From the NCBI GenBank assembly GCA_947465765.1, contig CANIAP010000001.1, positions 9,349 to 73,348 of the forward strand: DNA of 64,000 bases. The letters are read 5' to 3'. Of the stretch, positions 45,754-55,678 are shown piece by piece. Both the position numbers and the translations under genes were made by a program. Source of the DNA: a bacterium. GTDB lineage: Bacteria > Margulisbacteria > Marinamargulisbacteria > SXXA01. Position 1 is the stretch's first letter, and each line of letters begins with the position of its first letter. The notes beneath the pieces are model-generated. The model saw only the letters and a program-made list of their open reading frames with translations. It had not been told where the DNA came from and made no database searches.

Positions 45754-47031
45754 ATGATGGAAAAATCACGTCGATTATTTGAAGATGCCCAGACCATTTT
45801 AGTCGGAGGGGTTAATAGCCCGGTTCGGGCATTTAAAAGTGTTGGAGGAACACCCCTTTTTTTTAGTCACGGTTCTGGTGCGTATTTGAGTTCAGCAGAT
45901 GGGGAGTCCTATTTGGACTATGTCTTATCTTGGGGGCCAATGATCTTGGGTCACGCGGATCCTGATGTACTTGATTCTGTAATCACAACCTTTCGTCGTG
46001 GCGTATCATTTGGCGCACCCACCGAATTGGAGACGGTATTAGCCCGGTTGGTTCACTCTTATTTCCCTTCGATGGAGCGAGTTCGGTTTGTCAATTCGGG
46101 TACTGAGGCGTGTATGAGTGCGATTCGTTTGGCACGCGGATTTACTGGACGGAAGCGAATCGTTAAATTTGATGGGTGTTATCACGGACACGCCGATTCC
46201 CTTTTGGTTGCGGCCGGATCGGGAGGGTTGACATTGGGGATACCGGATAGTGCGGGCGTTCTCCCTGAGTTGGCCCACTATACTACCGTGCTTCCGTATA
46301 ACGATAGTGTGGCACTGAGGCAGTGTTTTTCGGAGATTGGATCTGAAATTGCGGCAGTTATTGTCGAGCCAGTGGCCGGAAATATGGGGGTGATTGTTCC
46401 AGATAGCACTTTCCTGGTGACCCTGAGAGAGGTGTGCACCGAATTCGGAGCTTTACTTATTTTTGATGAGGTGATGACCGGATTTCGAGTGAGTCTCGGC
46501 GGTGCTCAGGGTATTTTTGGAATCACGCCTGATTTGACCTGTCTGGGGAAGGTGGTGGGTGGGGGGATGCCCTGCGCTGCTTATGGCGGCCGGGCGGATG
46601 TCATGATGCAATTATCGCCGTGTGGACCGGTATATCAGGCCGGAACGTTGTCGGGAAATCCTGTGGCGATGGCGTCCGGGATCGCGACGTTGTCAAAGCT
46701 AAAAGATGCTACGCTATTTAATGCAGCGGTTTCCCATACAGATGCGTTGGTATCGGGGCTCCGAGAGCGGATCCAACGGAAGGGCATTCCCGCGACGGTG
46801 GCCCAATGTGGGACGATGTGGACTCTGTTTTTTAATCCGGACCCTGTACATAATCTGAGTAATGCGATGGCCTGCGACCGGGAGCGATTTGCCCGGTATT
46901 ACCATGGGATGTTGGACCAATATATCTATTTGGCGCCGTCTCAGTTTGAGTCAAATTTTGTTTCCTCGTGCCACGGGGACCGTGAACTTGAGCTCATATT
47001 AAATGCATTTGATAAAGGTTTAGAGTTGTAA
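45754..47031 (+). CDS. hemL: Glutamate-1-semialdehyde 2,1-aminomutase
   Basis: GGVNSPVRAF, YLDYVLSWGPMILGHA, and DEVMTGFR are fully HemL-like. Confidence 0.9.
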   Translation: MMEKSRRLFEDAQTILVGGVNSPVRAFKSVGGTPLFFSHGSGAYLSSADGESYLDYVLSWGPMILGHADPDVLDSVITTFRRGVSFGAPTELETVLARLVHSYFPSMERVRFVNSGTEACMSAIRLARGFTGRKRIVKFDGCYHGHADSLLVAAGSGGLTLGIPDSAGVLPELAHYTTVLPYNDSVALRQCFSEIGSEIAAVIVEPVAGNMGVIVPDSTFLVTLREVCTEFGALLIFDEVMTGFRVSLGGAQGIFGITPDLTCLGKVVGGGMPCAAYGGRADVMMQLSPCGPVYQAGTLSGNPVAMASGIATLSKLKDATLFNAAVSHTDALVSGLRERIQRKGIPATVAQCGTMWTLFFNPDPVHNLSNAMACDRERFARYYHGMLDQYIYLAPSQFESNFVSSCHGDRELELILNAFDKGLEL

Positions 47032-47156
47032 AAAGTTGGGAAGTTCTGTTTTGTATTTCCAAACTATAATTTTGTAAATCAACCAGCCGTTGAGGACTGG
47101 TTTTAAATTGGCCCAAGCTCATTTATAATGCATCGATCCTGAAGGGAGTTTTAAGT

Positions 47157-48194
47157 ATGTCTGATTGTCGCTACCGACGTGCGGTATCTACTGTTTTTTT
47201 TATGTTGGGGGCAATGACTTCTGTAGCGATGGCCGCGCCAGCCGCTCCGGTCGTACCGTCTAAGGTAGCTGTGCCATCACCGCTTCGACAACAAGGTACT
47301 CAGGCGACAATTAATGTGGCAGCGCCCCTTACTGATGACGAAATTTTCCAGGTAGAACAGAAGTATAAAGATGCGATGGCCGCAAAAAAGTTTGACGATG
47401 CGCTTCAGTTGTTGAGGAAGCTACCTGAATCATCAATGTCTCGTCCGCGTCGTGCAGAGCGCCAAATGCTAACAACCTTTGAGATCGTTGAGCAGCGGAT
47501 CGCGAGTTCCTCATCGATGTTCGCAAAGGATGATGAATTGGATGATGCGACTCGAAAGACCGTTCAAAAGTTATATAAAGAGGGCCAAAATGCCCTAATA
47601 TCTAATCAAAATGAACTTGGTCGAGATATTCTGATTCATATTCTGTTTTTGCATCGGCAGAATCTGAGGGCAAAAATTCTATTGGAAGAAGCGCTGGATT
47701 TAAAGTCGGGGTCTTATAAGATTGAAAATATGGAAGCGAAATATTGGAATAAATCCTCCATTAATTTCTATGGTGGAAATTACCAAGCCGCAGTGGATGT
47801 TCTTCAGGCTTTGTCCTTTTTTGACAAAGATAATCCTACTGTTTATGAGCGCATGGGCTCTTCTTATTACATGATGGGAGAGAAAGAAAAAGCAATTAGT
47901 TCATGGAATACGGTGCTATTTTTGGATCCTACCGATAAAGATGTTGAAGAGGTTATTAAAAAGACCCAAGAATTGATCGCAGAAGATAAAGAAGACGCAA
48001 AAAAAGAAAAGGCCAAGCCTAAAAATGCTCAGAATGTTAACCTGGCGGAAACGCAGCTGATGGGTAAATTTCCAAAACAGGATCAGGCGTACGAATACGC
48101 GAATACGTTACGTAAGCAAGGCGTGGATGCGGTAGTTACCGAGGAAGATGATGGCAAGTGGGCGGTACGTGTTCCAAAAAAAGGGTCCAAATAG
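47157..48194 (+). CDS. Secreted TPR-repeat protein with a C-terminal SPOR (peptidoglycan-binding) domain
   Basis: Signal peptide MLGAMTSVAMAAPA, TPR-like repeats, and a C-terminal QLMGKFPKQDQAYEYANTLRKQGVDAVVTEEDDGKWAVRV matching the SPOR fold. Confidence 0.55.
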   Translation: MSDCRYRRAVSTVFFMLGAMTSVAMAAPAAPVVPSKVAVPSPLRQQGTQATINVAAPLTDDEIFQVEQKYKDAMAAKKFDDALQLLRKLPESSMSRPRRAERQMLTTFEIVEQRIASSSSMFAKDDELDDATRKTVQKLYKEGQNALISNQNELGRDILIHILFLHRQNLRAKILLEEALDLKSGSYKIENMEAKYWNKSSINFYGGNYQAAVDVLQALSFFDKDNPTVYERMGSSYYMMGEKEKAISSWNTVLFLDPTDKDVEEVIKKTQELIAEDKEDAKKEKAKPKNAQNVNLAETQLMGKFPKQDQAYEYANTLRKQGVDAVVTEEDDGKWAVRVPKKGSK

Positions 48195-48212
48195 GAAAGG
48201 GTTGAGTGGGTT

Positions 48213-49688
48213 ATGATGCGCAATTTAGCGGTTAAGCTTTGGGGGATTTTGTTGGTGGTTCTGATACTTGGAATGCCTGCGTTTGCAAGTCCAGATGAAG
48301 TTGCGATTGAAGAACAGATAGCAACGCGGCTGCAACGATCGTTGGATGCGATCTATGGCCCGAACAATTTTGTTGTTCGCGTGACTGTAGCGTTGTCGGC
48401 CCCGAGTTATCAGGTGAGGTATACCGCCCAGTCTAAAGCGGCGGTGGCATCCGATCCCAAAAATCAATCTAAAGTAAATATTATGCCTGGATATCCGGTG
48501 ATTCGGAATCTGGGGCCTGAAAATATGAAGCAGCTGCCGTTTGATTCTGTGACTGCGTATTCCCGTCCTGAAATTCAGTCGACGGTTATTCATTTGCTGG
48601 TCAACAAGTCCTTCCCGAAAGGGCAAGTTGGACGGGCCCAGTCGGTGATTAAAGAACTTTTGGATTTCAAGGATGGTCGGGACAAAATTGAAGTCGTATA
48701 TAAACCGTTTATCGAGCAAGTGGCTCCAATTCAAAAGATTGAAATTGAAAATCAATCCGAAAAAATGTTTTCCCTACAGAATATGTTTTATATGACATTT
48801 GCGGCGATTGCAGTGTTGTTTTTGTTAATTTATATGTTCTTCGCTAGTCGAACTGCCAAGAGCCTAAAAGGGTTGTCTGCGGTGGCGGCATCTGCAGCGG
48901 GGGGCTCGGGCGGTAGTGGGGGGGCCGGACCTTCGGTTAGTGTTAACCCTTCATTTGAATTGCCAAAAGGGGGTTCCGGTGGGGGCGATATCAAGATTTC
49001 AAATGCGCCTCCTGTAAAACGGTATTTCGATTTTGTCTCCGATGACACGGTTGAGAAATTGATCTATTTGTTGAAAAAAGAAAACGTAGGGCCAGATAAT
49101 CTGAGCTTGGTAGTTAGCTTTTTACGTCCTGATTTAGCAGCAAAACTCCTTGGTACTTTTGACGTCAAAACACAGGCTGCGGTCTCAATGGCTATTATTG
49201 ATCAGAAAATGGTGAATCGGGCGATGTTGGATAAGTTGGAGACCCAAATTAAAGGGGCCATCGAATGCCTAACCGGTGGAGAGACCGCCTTTAAGTCGAT
49301 TTTCTCTTTTGTTTCAGGGAGTAATAAACGACAACTTTTGGCCTTGCTTGAAAAGTCATCCCCCGAGGGATATCGTCGGGTTAGAAACAACCTTATACTG
49401 TTCGATGATCTTGCAGTATTGGAAGATGATGAAATTAAAAATCTTCTATCAGAAGTTCGTGCTGAATTGTTTGCGGTTGCGCTGGCCTCGGCAGATCCAA
49501 GCTTGTATGATCGATTTGATCACAATATGACTCGAAATTCTAGAGAGGTCATTTCTCAGTTTCTTGAAATTAAAGGGTCCACGATTGCAGCGGAAGAAGT
49601 GGAGCGAGCGCAACAGACGATATTGGAAGTTGCGATGCGGTTGGAGCGGGATGGACGAATTAATATTTCTGGGAAATTAAAGAAATAA
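48213..49688 (+). CDS. Fusion protein: signal peptide + YscJ/PrgK/FliF-N-like periplasmic ring-building domain + TM helix + Gly-rich linker + full-length FliG (N, middle and C domains)
   Basis: aa 1-25 signal peptide; aa ~30-185 contains NNFVVRVTVALSAPSYQVRY, resembling FliF/YscJ RBM strands; TM MFYMTFAAIAVLFLLIYMFF; linker AAGGSGGSGGAGPS; then FliG-like blocks LSLVVSFLRPDLAAKLLGTF..., GGETAF..., ILFDDLAVLEDDEIKNLLSEVRAELFAVALASADPSLYDRF...MTRNSREVISQFLE...AEEVERAQQTILEVAMRLERDGRI. Confidence 0.6.
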   Translation: MMRNLAVKLWGILLVVLILGMPAFASPDEVAIEEQIATRLQRSLDAIYGPNNFVVRVTVALSAPSYQVRYTAQSKAAVASDPKNQSKVNIMPGYPVIRNLGPENMKQLPFDSVTAYSRPEIQSTVIHLLVNKSFPKGQVGRAQSVIKELLDFKDGRDKIEVVYKPFIEQVAPIQKIEIENQSEKMFSLQNMFYMTFAAIAVLFLLIYMFFASRTAKSLKGLSAVAASAAGGSGGSGGAGPSVSVNPSFELPKGGSGGGDIKISNAPPVKRYFDFVSDDTVEKLIYLLKKENVGPDNLSLVVSFLRPDLAAKLLGTFDVKTQAAVSMAIIDQKMVNRAMLDKLETQIKGAIECLTGGETAFKSIFSFVSGSNKRQLLALLEKSSPEGYRRVRNNLILFDDLAVLEDDEIKNLLSEVRAELFAVALASADPSLYDRFDHNMTRNSREVISQFLEIKGSTIAAEEVERAQQTILEVAMRLERDGRINISGKLKK

Positions 49689-49712
49689 GCACCGTAATTT
49701 AGGAGATACCTT

Positions 49713-50489
49713 ATGGGAATTGGATTGTACATTGGGTTCGCGGTCGTGTTGGTTGTGCTGGTTGAGTTAATTGGTGCCGATGCGAATGCTAAGCTTTTTT
49801 TGAGTAAAGAAGCCTCGATAGCGGTTTTTGGTGGATTAATTAGTGCCGCACTAATTAATTTCCCAAAGAGCCAGATTGCTAAAATTGGGATGTGGACTAA
49901 GGTCATTTTTAGGTCCCCTAAAAAAGATCTTCTCGAAGAGATTGTGTTGCTTCTTCGGCTATCAAGAAAGTTGAGTCGGGAAGGTCGGCCAGCGCTTGAG
50001 CCAGAGATCGAACAAATACAAGATGGTTTTTTGAAAGCATCGATGACCTTGGTCATGAATCGGGTAGACCCACGTGAAATTAAGATGCTTTTAAAAGAAA
50101 TGATCGAACAAAGCCAAGGGCGACATGAACAGGGCATTCATTTTTTTGAACAGATGGCCAAATATGCACCGGGATTGGCGTTGATCGGGACGTTGTCGGG
50201 GTTGGTTAAATTGTTGGCCAACGTATCTGATCCGAAGAGCATCGGTCCGAACATGGCGTTGGCCTTGGTCTGTACTTTTTATGGGGTGGCAATGTCGAAT
50301 CTTGTTTTTTTGCCGATGTCGGGTCGATTAAAAGTATCCAGTCATGAAGAGTCCGTTCATAAAGAACAGTTGGTTGAAGCGGTGGTTGCGATGGCCTCTG
50401 ATGAATTGCCGATTGTTGTTCAAGAAAAGTTGTATATGTTGTTAACTTCGAAAGATCGGGCACTCGTGGCTAAGCGGCTTGAGGCGTAA
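49713..50489 (+). CDS. motA: MotA/TolQ/ExbB-family proton-channel stator protein (MotA-like)
   Basis: 4 TM segments; LALIGTLSGLVKLL...GPNMALALVCTFYGVAMSNLVFLPMSGRL is the MotA TM3-TM4 signature; cytoplasmic loop between TM2 and TM3. Confidence 0.75.
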   Translation: MGIGLYIGFAVVLVVLVELIGADANAKLFLSKEASIAVFGGLISAALINFPKSQIAKIGMWTKVIFRSPKKDLLEEIVLLLRLSRKLSREGRPALEPEIEQIQDGFLKASMTLVMNRVDPREIKMLLKEMIEQSQGRHEQGIHFFEQMAKYAPGLALIGTLSGLVKLLANVSDPKSIGPNMALALVCTFYGVAMSNLVFLPMSGRLKVSSHEESVHKEQLVEAVVAMASDELPIVVQEKLYMLLTSKDRALVAKRLEA

Positions 50490-50491
50490 TA

Positions 50492-51622
50492 ATGGGAAAA
50501 AAGTTCCAAAACGAAGTTGAAAACTTTTATGTTTCATTTTCGGATTTGCTGGCTCTCCTATTAATCTTTTTTGTATATCTTTTTTCAATGTCAACGATTG
50601 ATCCTGTTAAGTTTACAGAGTCATCAGAGTCGATTACAGAGGAATTTTCGGAAAAAAAACCAGCCACGTCTGCTGCATTTGGGAAGTCATCTCCTTATAC
50701 ATCGGATCCGTCTAAAGCGGAGCCTCTTCCTGAACAACCTACGCAAGCGGATGTTAAAAAGACAATTGGTCAGACGGTTGATGCGCTAGTTGCCAAGATT
50801 GCGCCCAAAGAAAATAAAGAAAAAGATGCCGCTGGTGCCCCTGTGCAGGCTGAAAAAAAACAGACAGCCGGCGATACCAGTGGAGAGCATAGTTCCAAAC
50901 TCATCGCCGAAAATAAGGAGAAGGATGGTGCTGGGGAGCCGGCCACTGCGGGTAAACCCCAGACGATTGGTCAGACAATAGATAAACTTATTGGCAAGGT
51001 ATTTTCTGAAGATAGTGCGCAAAAAGCCCCAGGCGGCGAGCCTGTAACTGGGAGGCAGCCGAAGGCCACGGACGTGTCCCAGACCCCCACTGCGCCTGAG
51101 GATCGTAGCGCACAGGGCATGTTGGCCGAGAAGCTGGCGTATTATATTAATAAAGAAAAACTGGAGGGGCAAGCGTCCGTTTACGTTGATCCCCGAGGCG
51201 TGAAGGTTGTGTTGGAATCACCGGTATTGTTTGAGTCCGGTAGTGCGGATTTGTCTCCTGAAGGGAGACGCATCCTGATGAAATTGGGGCCTGTGTTTAA
51301 GGAAGTTACAAATCCTGTGGTCATCGAGGGGCATACAGATAATGTTCCTATTCATAATTCGATTTACGGGACTAATTGGGAGTTGTCGTTTCAACGGACA
51401 TTGTCAGTAATGAAGTTTTTTGTGGGGCAGTTTAAATTTACACCCAATCAACTATCGGGAACTGGATATGGTGAATATCGTCCCTTAGTTCCCAATACAT
51501 CAGACGCGAATAAGGCCAAGAATCGGCGGATTGAAATTAATATTCTTCGTGATTATGAGACTGGTACGGCGTCCCCGAATCAAGTTGCGTTATCGGTGGC
51601 GGCGCCTCCACCATCTGAGTAA
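50492..51622 (+). CDS. motB: MotB-like stator protein with an OmpA-type peptidoglycan-binding domain and a long repetitive linker
   Basis: N-terminal TM with the conserved Asp (FSDLLALLLIFFVY); C-terminal VIEGHTDNVPI...ELSFQRTLSV...AKNRRIEINIL is the OmpA/MotB fold. Confidence 0.75.
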   Translation: MGKKFQNEVENFYVSFSDLLALLLIFFVYLFSMSTIDPVKFTESSESITEEFSEKKPATSAAFGKSSPYTSDPSKAEPLPEQPTQADVKKTIGQTVDALVAKIAPKENKEKDAAGAPVQAEKKQTAGDTSGEHSSKLIAENKEKDGAGEPATAGKPQTIGQTIDKLIGKVFSEDSAQKAPGGEPVTGRQPKATDVSQTPTAPEDRSAQGMLAEKLAYYINKEKLEGQASVYVDPRGVKVVLESPVLFESGSADLSPEGRRILMKLGPVFKEVTNPVVIEGHTDNVPIHNSIYGTNWELSFQRTLSVMKFFVGQFKFTPNQLSGTGYGEYRPLVPNTSDANKAKNRRIEINILRDYETGTASPNQVALSVAAPPPSE

Positions 51623-51640
51623 AAATAGACTTTTTCTAGC

Positions 51641-52939
51641 TTAAGAAAAGATACCTGAGTTTAAGAACTCTTCGTTTGATTTTGTTTGTCGTAGAATTTT
51701 AATGAGTTCTTCAGTCGCGCTGTCAGAGTCAATATTTTTTCTGAGAAGATAGGCTTTTTTAAGTATATTTTCAGGGAGTAATAATTCTTCTTTTCTTGTA
51801 CCTGAATTGACGATATCAATTGCAGGGAAAATTCTGCGATTGGCGAGTTTTCTGTCCAAATGCAATTCCATATTACCTGTTCCCTTAAATTCTTCGTAGA
51901 TGATGTCATCCATCCTGGATCCCGTATCGACCAAAGCGGTAGCAATAATGGTAAGACTACCTTCTTGCTCGATCTTGCGGGCCCCGCCAAAGAAACGCTT
52001 GGGTTTGTGCAATGAGCTGGGATCGAGTCCGCCAGACAATGTGCGTCCAGAGGGGGGGACTACTAAATTGTATGCGCGGGCAAGTCGGGTGATGCTGTCC
52101 AGGAGAATTACGACATCTTTTCCACATTCGACCAGACGTTTTGCGCTATCTAACACGAGTTCCGATATTCGGACGTGTTGGTCGGGCGGTTCATCGAATG
52201 TTGAATAGATGACCTCTCCCTTTACGGACCGCTCCATGTCGGTGACTTCTTCGGGCCGCTCATCAATAAGAAGTACTTTAATAATGATTTCTGGATGATT
52301 GATCGCAATGCTATTGGCAATTTCTTTTAAGATACTGGTTTTTCCCGCTTTGGGTGGAGATACGATCAGTCCCCGTTGGCCTTTTCCAATTGGGACCAGC
52401 ATGTCCATAATTCGACCGGATATGCCGGAAGCATCGGTTTCTAGTTTGAGTTGCTCATAGGGATAAACCGGTACTAAGTTTGAAAATAGTGTGCGTTCTT
52501 TTATTCGTTCAGGATCTTCCCAATTGATTGCTTCTACTCGTAATAGCGAAAAATATCGCTCACCTTCTTTTGGGGGTCGGACTTGGCCAGAAATGGTATC
52601 TCCAGACGTTAGGCTGAATCTGCGGATTTGTGTTTGGGAGACATAGATATCTTCAGAACTTGGGAGATAGTTGTTGGTTCTAAGAAACCCATAGCCATCG
52701 GGGAGAATTTCTAGTACTCCGCGTGCAAATATTAGTCCGTTGGACTCTGTTTTTGTTTGTAGAATTTTAAATATAAGATCGTTTTTTTTGAGTTGCTTGT
52801 ACTCGGGAATCTTTAATTGGGTTGCGAGATTATGAAGGTCCTTAAGGGTGCTTTTTTGTAGCTCAACGATGTCTAAATTGTCATCATTTTCAAAAATAGC
52901 ATGCTTTTCGACGTCAGTCTTTTTTTTTCGTTGATCCAT
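51641..52939 (-). CDS. rho: Transcription termination factor Rho
   Basis: N-terminal RNA-binding domain, Walker [10 protein letters not shown] and R loops. 432 aa. Confidence 0.9.
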   Translation of the reverse strand: MDQRKKKTDVEKHAIFENDDNLDIVELQKSTLKDLHNLATQLKIPEYKQLKKNDLIFKILQTKTESNGLIFARGVLEILPDGYGFLRTNNYLPSSEDIYVSQTQIRRFSLTSGDTISGQVRPPKEGERYFSLLRVEAINWEDPERIKERTLFSNLVPVYPYEQLKLETDASGISGRIMDMLVPIGKGQRGLIVSPPKAGKTSILKEIANSIAINHPEIIIKVLLIDERPEEVTDMERSVKGEVIYSTFDEPPDQHVRISELVLDSAKRLVECGKDVVILLDSITRLARAYNLVVPPSGRTLSGGLDPSSLHKPKRFFGGARKIEQEGSLTIIATALVDTGSRMDDIIYEEFKGTGNMELHLDRKLANRRIFPAIDIVNSGTRKEELLLPENILKKAYLLRKNIDSDSATEELIKILRQTKSNEEFLNSGIFS

Positions 52940-53085
52940 GGGAATATAAGGCTCCTTTGAGGCGGAACCCTACATTCATTCTAGAATGGGTTGTTCCGAC
53001 AAATAATCAGGCTGAGGTATGGGGTTTATGGGATTATCTGGGTTTGTACAAAAATGTACGGTGTAGGAAATTTGAATATACAGGA

Positions 53086-54060
53086 TCAATTCAAGAAGCT
53101 CAACACTTCCTTAGCCGCATAGGTGATGATGATATCCGCACCGGCACGTTTCATGGCGATGAGTGATTCGAGCATCAAATCAGCGTCGTTTGCGATTCGT
53201 TTCTCTCCGGCCAATTTGATCATGCTGTATTCGCCGGATACTTGGTAGACGGCGATCGGTTGCTGAACGATGTCACGAAGGCGGGTGATGATATCAAGGT
53301 ACAACATACCGGGTTTTACCATGACAATATCTGCACCTTCGGCAATGTCTGTCAGTGTTTCGAGTATCGCTTCCCTTGATTGGGTAGGATTGAGTTGGTG
53401 CCCTTTTCGGTCTCCTTTGAATTGCTGAGATGATCCGGCTGCCTCTCGAAATGGTCCGTATAAAGCGGATGCATATTTGGCGGAGTATGCCATGATCCCA
53501 ACCCCGGGATGACGGGAGTCGTCGAGGCTGTTTCGAATTGCTTGGACCGCGCCATCCATCATTCCCGATGGCGCAATAAAATCAGCGCCGGCATTCGCGT
53601 AAGAAAACGCGATTTTTTTCAAACAATCGAGGGTTGCATCATTGTCGAGTCCCCGGGTTGTCATGATGCCACAATGGCCGTGAGTTGTGTATTCACACAG
53701 ACAACAGTCGGCGAATACTACCATTTCTGGGCGTTTTGACTTGATTGTTTTGATGACGGTCTGGACGCCCCCTTGGGGGTTCCAGGCAGCGGTGCCGTGA
53801 GGGTCTTTGTGTCGCGGAATTCCAAATAGAAGGATGGATCGAATTCCCAATGAATACGCGTCTTCGATTTCAGAGACTGCAGATTCGACGGAGTGTTGAA
53901 AGACGCCTGGCATCGACTTGATCGCGACAGGGGCCGTAATGTCTTCCCGGATAAAAATGGGCAGCATTAAATCTCGGGGAGAAAGTCGAGTTTCGGATAA
54001 CATTTCTCGAATTCCGGATGTGCGGCGTAACGAATGATATCGCTTGAATGGGGCGGTCAT
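53086..54060 (-). CDS. hemB: Porphobilinogen synthase (delta-aminolevulinate dehydratase)
   Basis: Active-site Lys regions MVKPG and ADIIM, and the cysteine-rich metal site DCCLCEYTTHGHCG. Confidence 0.9.
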   Translation of the reverse strand: MTAPFKRYHSLRRTSGIREMLSETRLSPRDLMLPIFIREDITAPVAIKSMPGVFQHSVESAVSEIEDAYSLGIRSILLFGIPRHKDPHGTAAWNPQGGVQTVIKTIKSKRPEMVVFADCCLCEYTTHGHCGIMTTRGLDNDATLDCLKKIAFSYANAGADFIAPSGMMDGAVQAIRNSLDDSRHPGVGIMAYSAKYASALYGPFREAAGSSQQFKGDRKGHQLNPTQSREAILETLTDIAEGADIVMVKPGMLYLDIITRLRDIVQQPIAVYQVSGEYSMIKLAGEKRIANDADLMLESLIAMKRAGADIIITYAAKEVLSFLN

Positions 54061-54803
54061 AATGGAGGCCTCTTTTGTGAATGGGTACTCAGTATTGACG
54101 AGACGACTCCGGCTTGTGTTGACGGTGAAGCTACAATGACTTGTGAAGAAAATTGCCGGACGGATTCGGCGGTTTGTTCCCCCATCGCAACGTAGATGGT
54201 GGCCTCTGTGTGGGTGGGGTACTGAGAGAAAAAGCTGGTGGAGATAGAGCTGCTCGTAATAACGACGTAATCATACTGAGTTCGTGACTCTATCGCAATT
54301 GGAATTGTATCCGGACGATAAATCGCTATTTCAATAAGAGAAAGTTCTTTTAACATCGAAGTTAGATAGGGACCCGCTGCTTCGGATTTAGGATATAGCA
54401 ATCTCTGTTTACTCAATTTAGGACGAAATTGTCGAATTAATCCTTCGGCGTTATATTCTGTCGGGACAAGAATACGTTCCTTTCGGATACCATTTTTAAT
54501 GAGGGTTTCGGCGGTGCTTGGGCCAACGGCAACGTGTGTTTTGTCGGAAAGGTATTTGAATAGATCCGGTTGGTCGAAAATCAGCTGGATTGAGTGCTTG
54601 CTCGTAAAAATAATAACGTCTATTCGATGAAGTAGATCAGGGGTGATTTGAGACAATCCGGTCGAAATGGGCGAGATTTTAATCGCCGGAACGCAATGGA
54701 CGATTGCGCCCAACTGGGTACAAGAATCGTAAATTATTGTGGATTCTGATGGGTGTCGTAATACCAATATTTTGGTATTAGCTAGAGCGGGGAATCTTTC
54801 CAT
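54057..54803 (-). CDS. hemD: Uroporphyrinogen-III synthase
   Basis: Two-lobed HemD-like pattern (ILVLRHP...IIFTSKHSI...). Position is between hemC and hemB. The start is ambiguous (54836 or 54803); both overlap the hemC 3' end. Confidence 0.6.
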   Translation of the reverse strand: MERFPALANTKILVLRHPSESTIIYDSCTQLGAIVHCVPAIKISPISTGLSQITPDLLHRIDVIIFTSKHSIQLIFDQPDLFKYLSDKTHVAVGPSTAETLIKNGIRKERILVPTEYNAEGLIRQFRPKLSKQRLLYPKSEAAGPYLTSMLKELSLIEIAIYRPDTIPIAIESRTQYDYVVITSSSISTSFFSQYPTHTEATIYVAMGEQTAESVRQFSSQVIVASPSTQAGVVSSILSTHSQKRPPL

Positions 54804-55678
54804 TCGTGGCCTTTTTTTGTGCATTCGGATAGGCATATACTAATATCACAAGAGAATGACTCGATTTCAGTTTTTGATAGGTCTCTGGAGGCTCTGAATA
54901 GGGTGCTTGAAAAAAGTCCATTGGAAATGTGACTATGCATTCCCAAAGGAGTTTGGCAATCAAATCCGACGGCTTTCAGAAATGCCAATTGGGCATTAGA
55001 TAAGACGAATTGAACCGGATGGCTGATTTGGCGGCATATTCGAATATGCGGGTGATCGCCATTGCGCGCTTCAAGTGTAATTACCCCTTGGCCGGGAGCC
55101 GGAATAAATTGATTGGCGGGTAGGACCTGATGGGGGTGGCGAGTTAATCCGAGTCGGATGAGGCTCACATCGGATAGTAGAATGGCGTCCAATCCGTCGT
55201 GGAGTTTAGCGACGCGGGTACCAATATTGCCGCGTATATCTTGGGTTCGAACGTCAGGTCTTAGATATTTAAGAATGGCTTTTCGTCGCATGCTTCCGGT
55301 TCCGATTATGGCATGTCGGGGTAGTGATTCAAGCGTGTGTCCCGCAAGGCTAACAAGGATATCATTCACCGATTCTGCCTTGAGAAATCCAAACAACGCA
55401 AGTCCTGGATAGGTGTTACTAGTGACATCCTTTAGCGAGTGGACAGCAATGTCGATTTCATTGCGGAGAAGTGCATCTTCAAGTTCTCGAATAAAGATGC
55501 CTTTTCCTCCGATAAGAGATAGCGGAGATACCTGATTTTGATCGCCCTGTGTTGATATTCCTATGATTTGAACCCGGAACCCTTGTTTGAGGTTCTCGAT
55601 TCTTCGAGCCACGATTGCGGCTTGGGCAAGCGCCAATGGTGATTTCCGGGTACCGATTCGAATAAGAGAGTCGGTCAT
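54782..55678 (-). CDS. hemC: Hydroxymethylbilane synthase (porphobilinogen deaminase)
   Basis: IRIGTRKSPLALAQA, the dipyrromethane cofactor Cys region. Start trimmed to MTDSL, which overlaps the hemA stop by 4 bp. Confidence 0.85.
   Translation of the reverse strand: MTDSLIRIGTRKSPLALAQAAIVARRIENLKQGFRVQIIGISTQGDQNQVSPLSLIGGKGIFIRELEDALLRNEIDIAVHSLKDVTSNTYPGLALFGFLKAESVNDILVSLAGHTLESLPRHAIIGTGSMRRKAILKYLRPDVRTQDIRGNIGTRVAKLHDGLDAILLSDVSLIRLGLTRHPHQVLPANQFIPAPGQGVITLEARNGDHPHIRICRQISHPVQFVLSNAQLAFLKAVGFDCQTPLGMHSHISNGLFSSTLFRASRDLSKTEIESFSCDISICLSECTKKGHEWKDSPL

Noticed and set aside
51623-51640. Possible bidirectional terminator between convergent motB and rho (CTTTTTCTAGCTTAAGAAAAG)
   Set aside because: Only a short A/T-rich near-palindrome around a CTTAAG core. 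The arms are not cleanly complementary and the stem would be weak.
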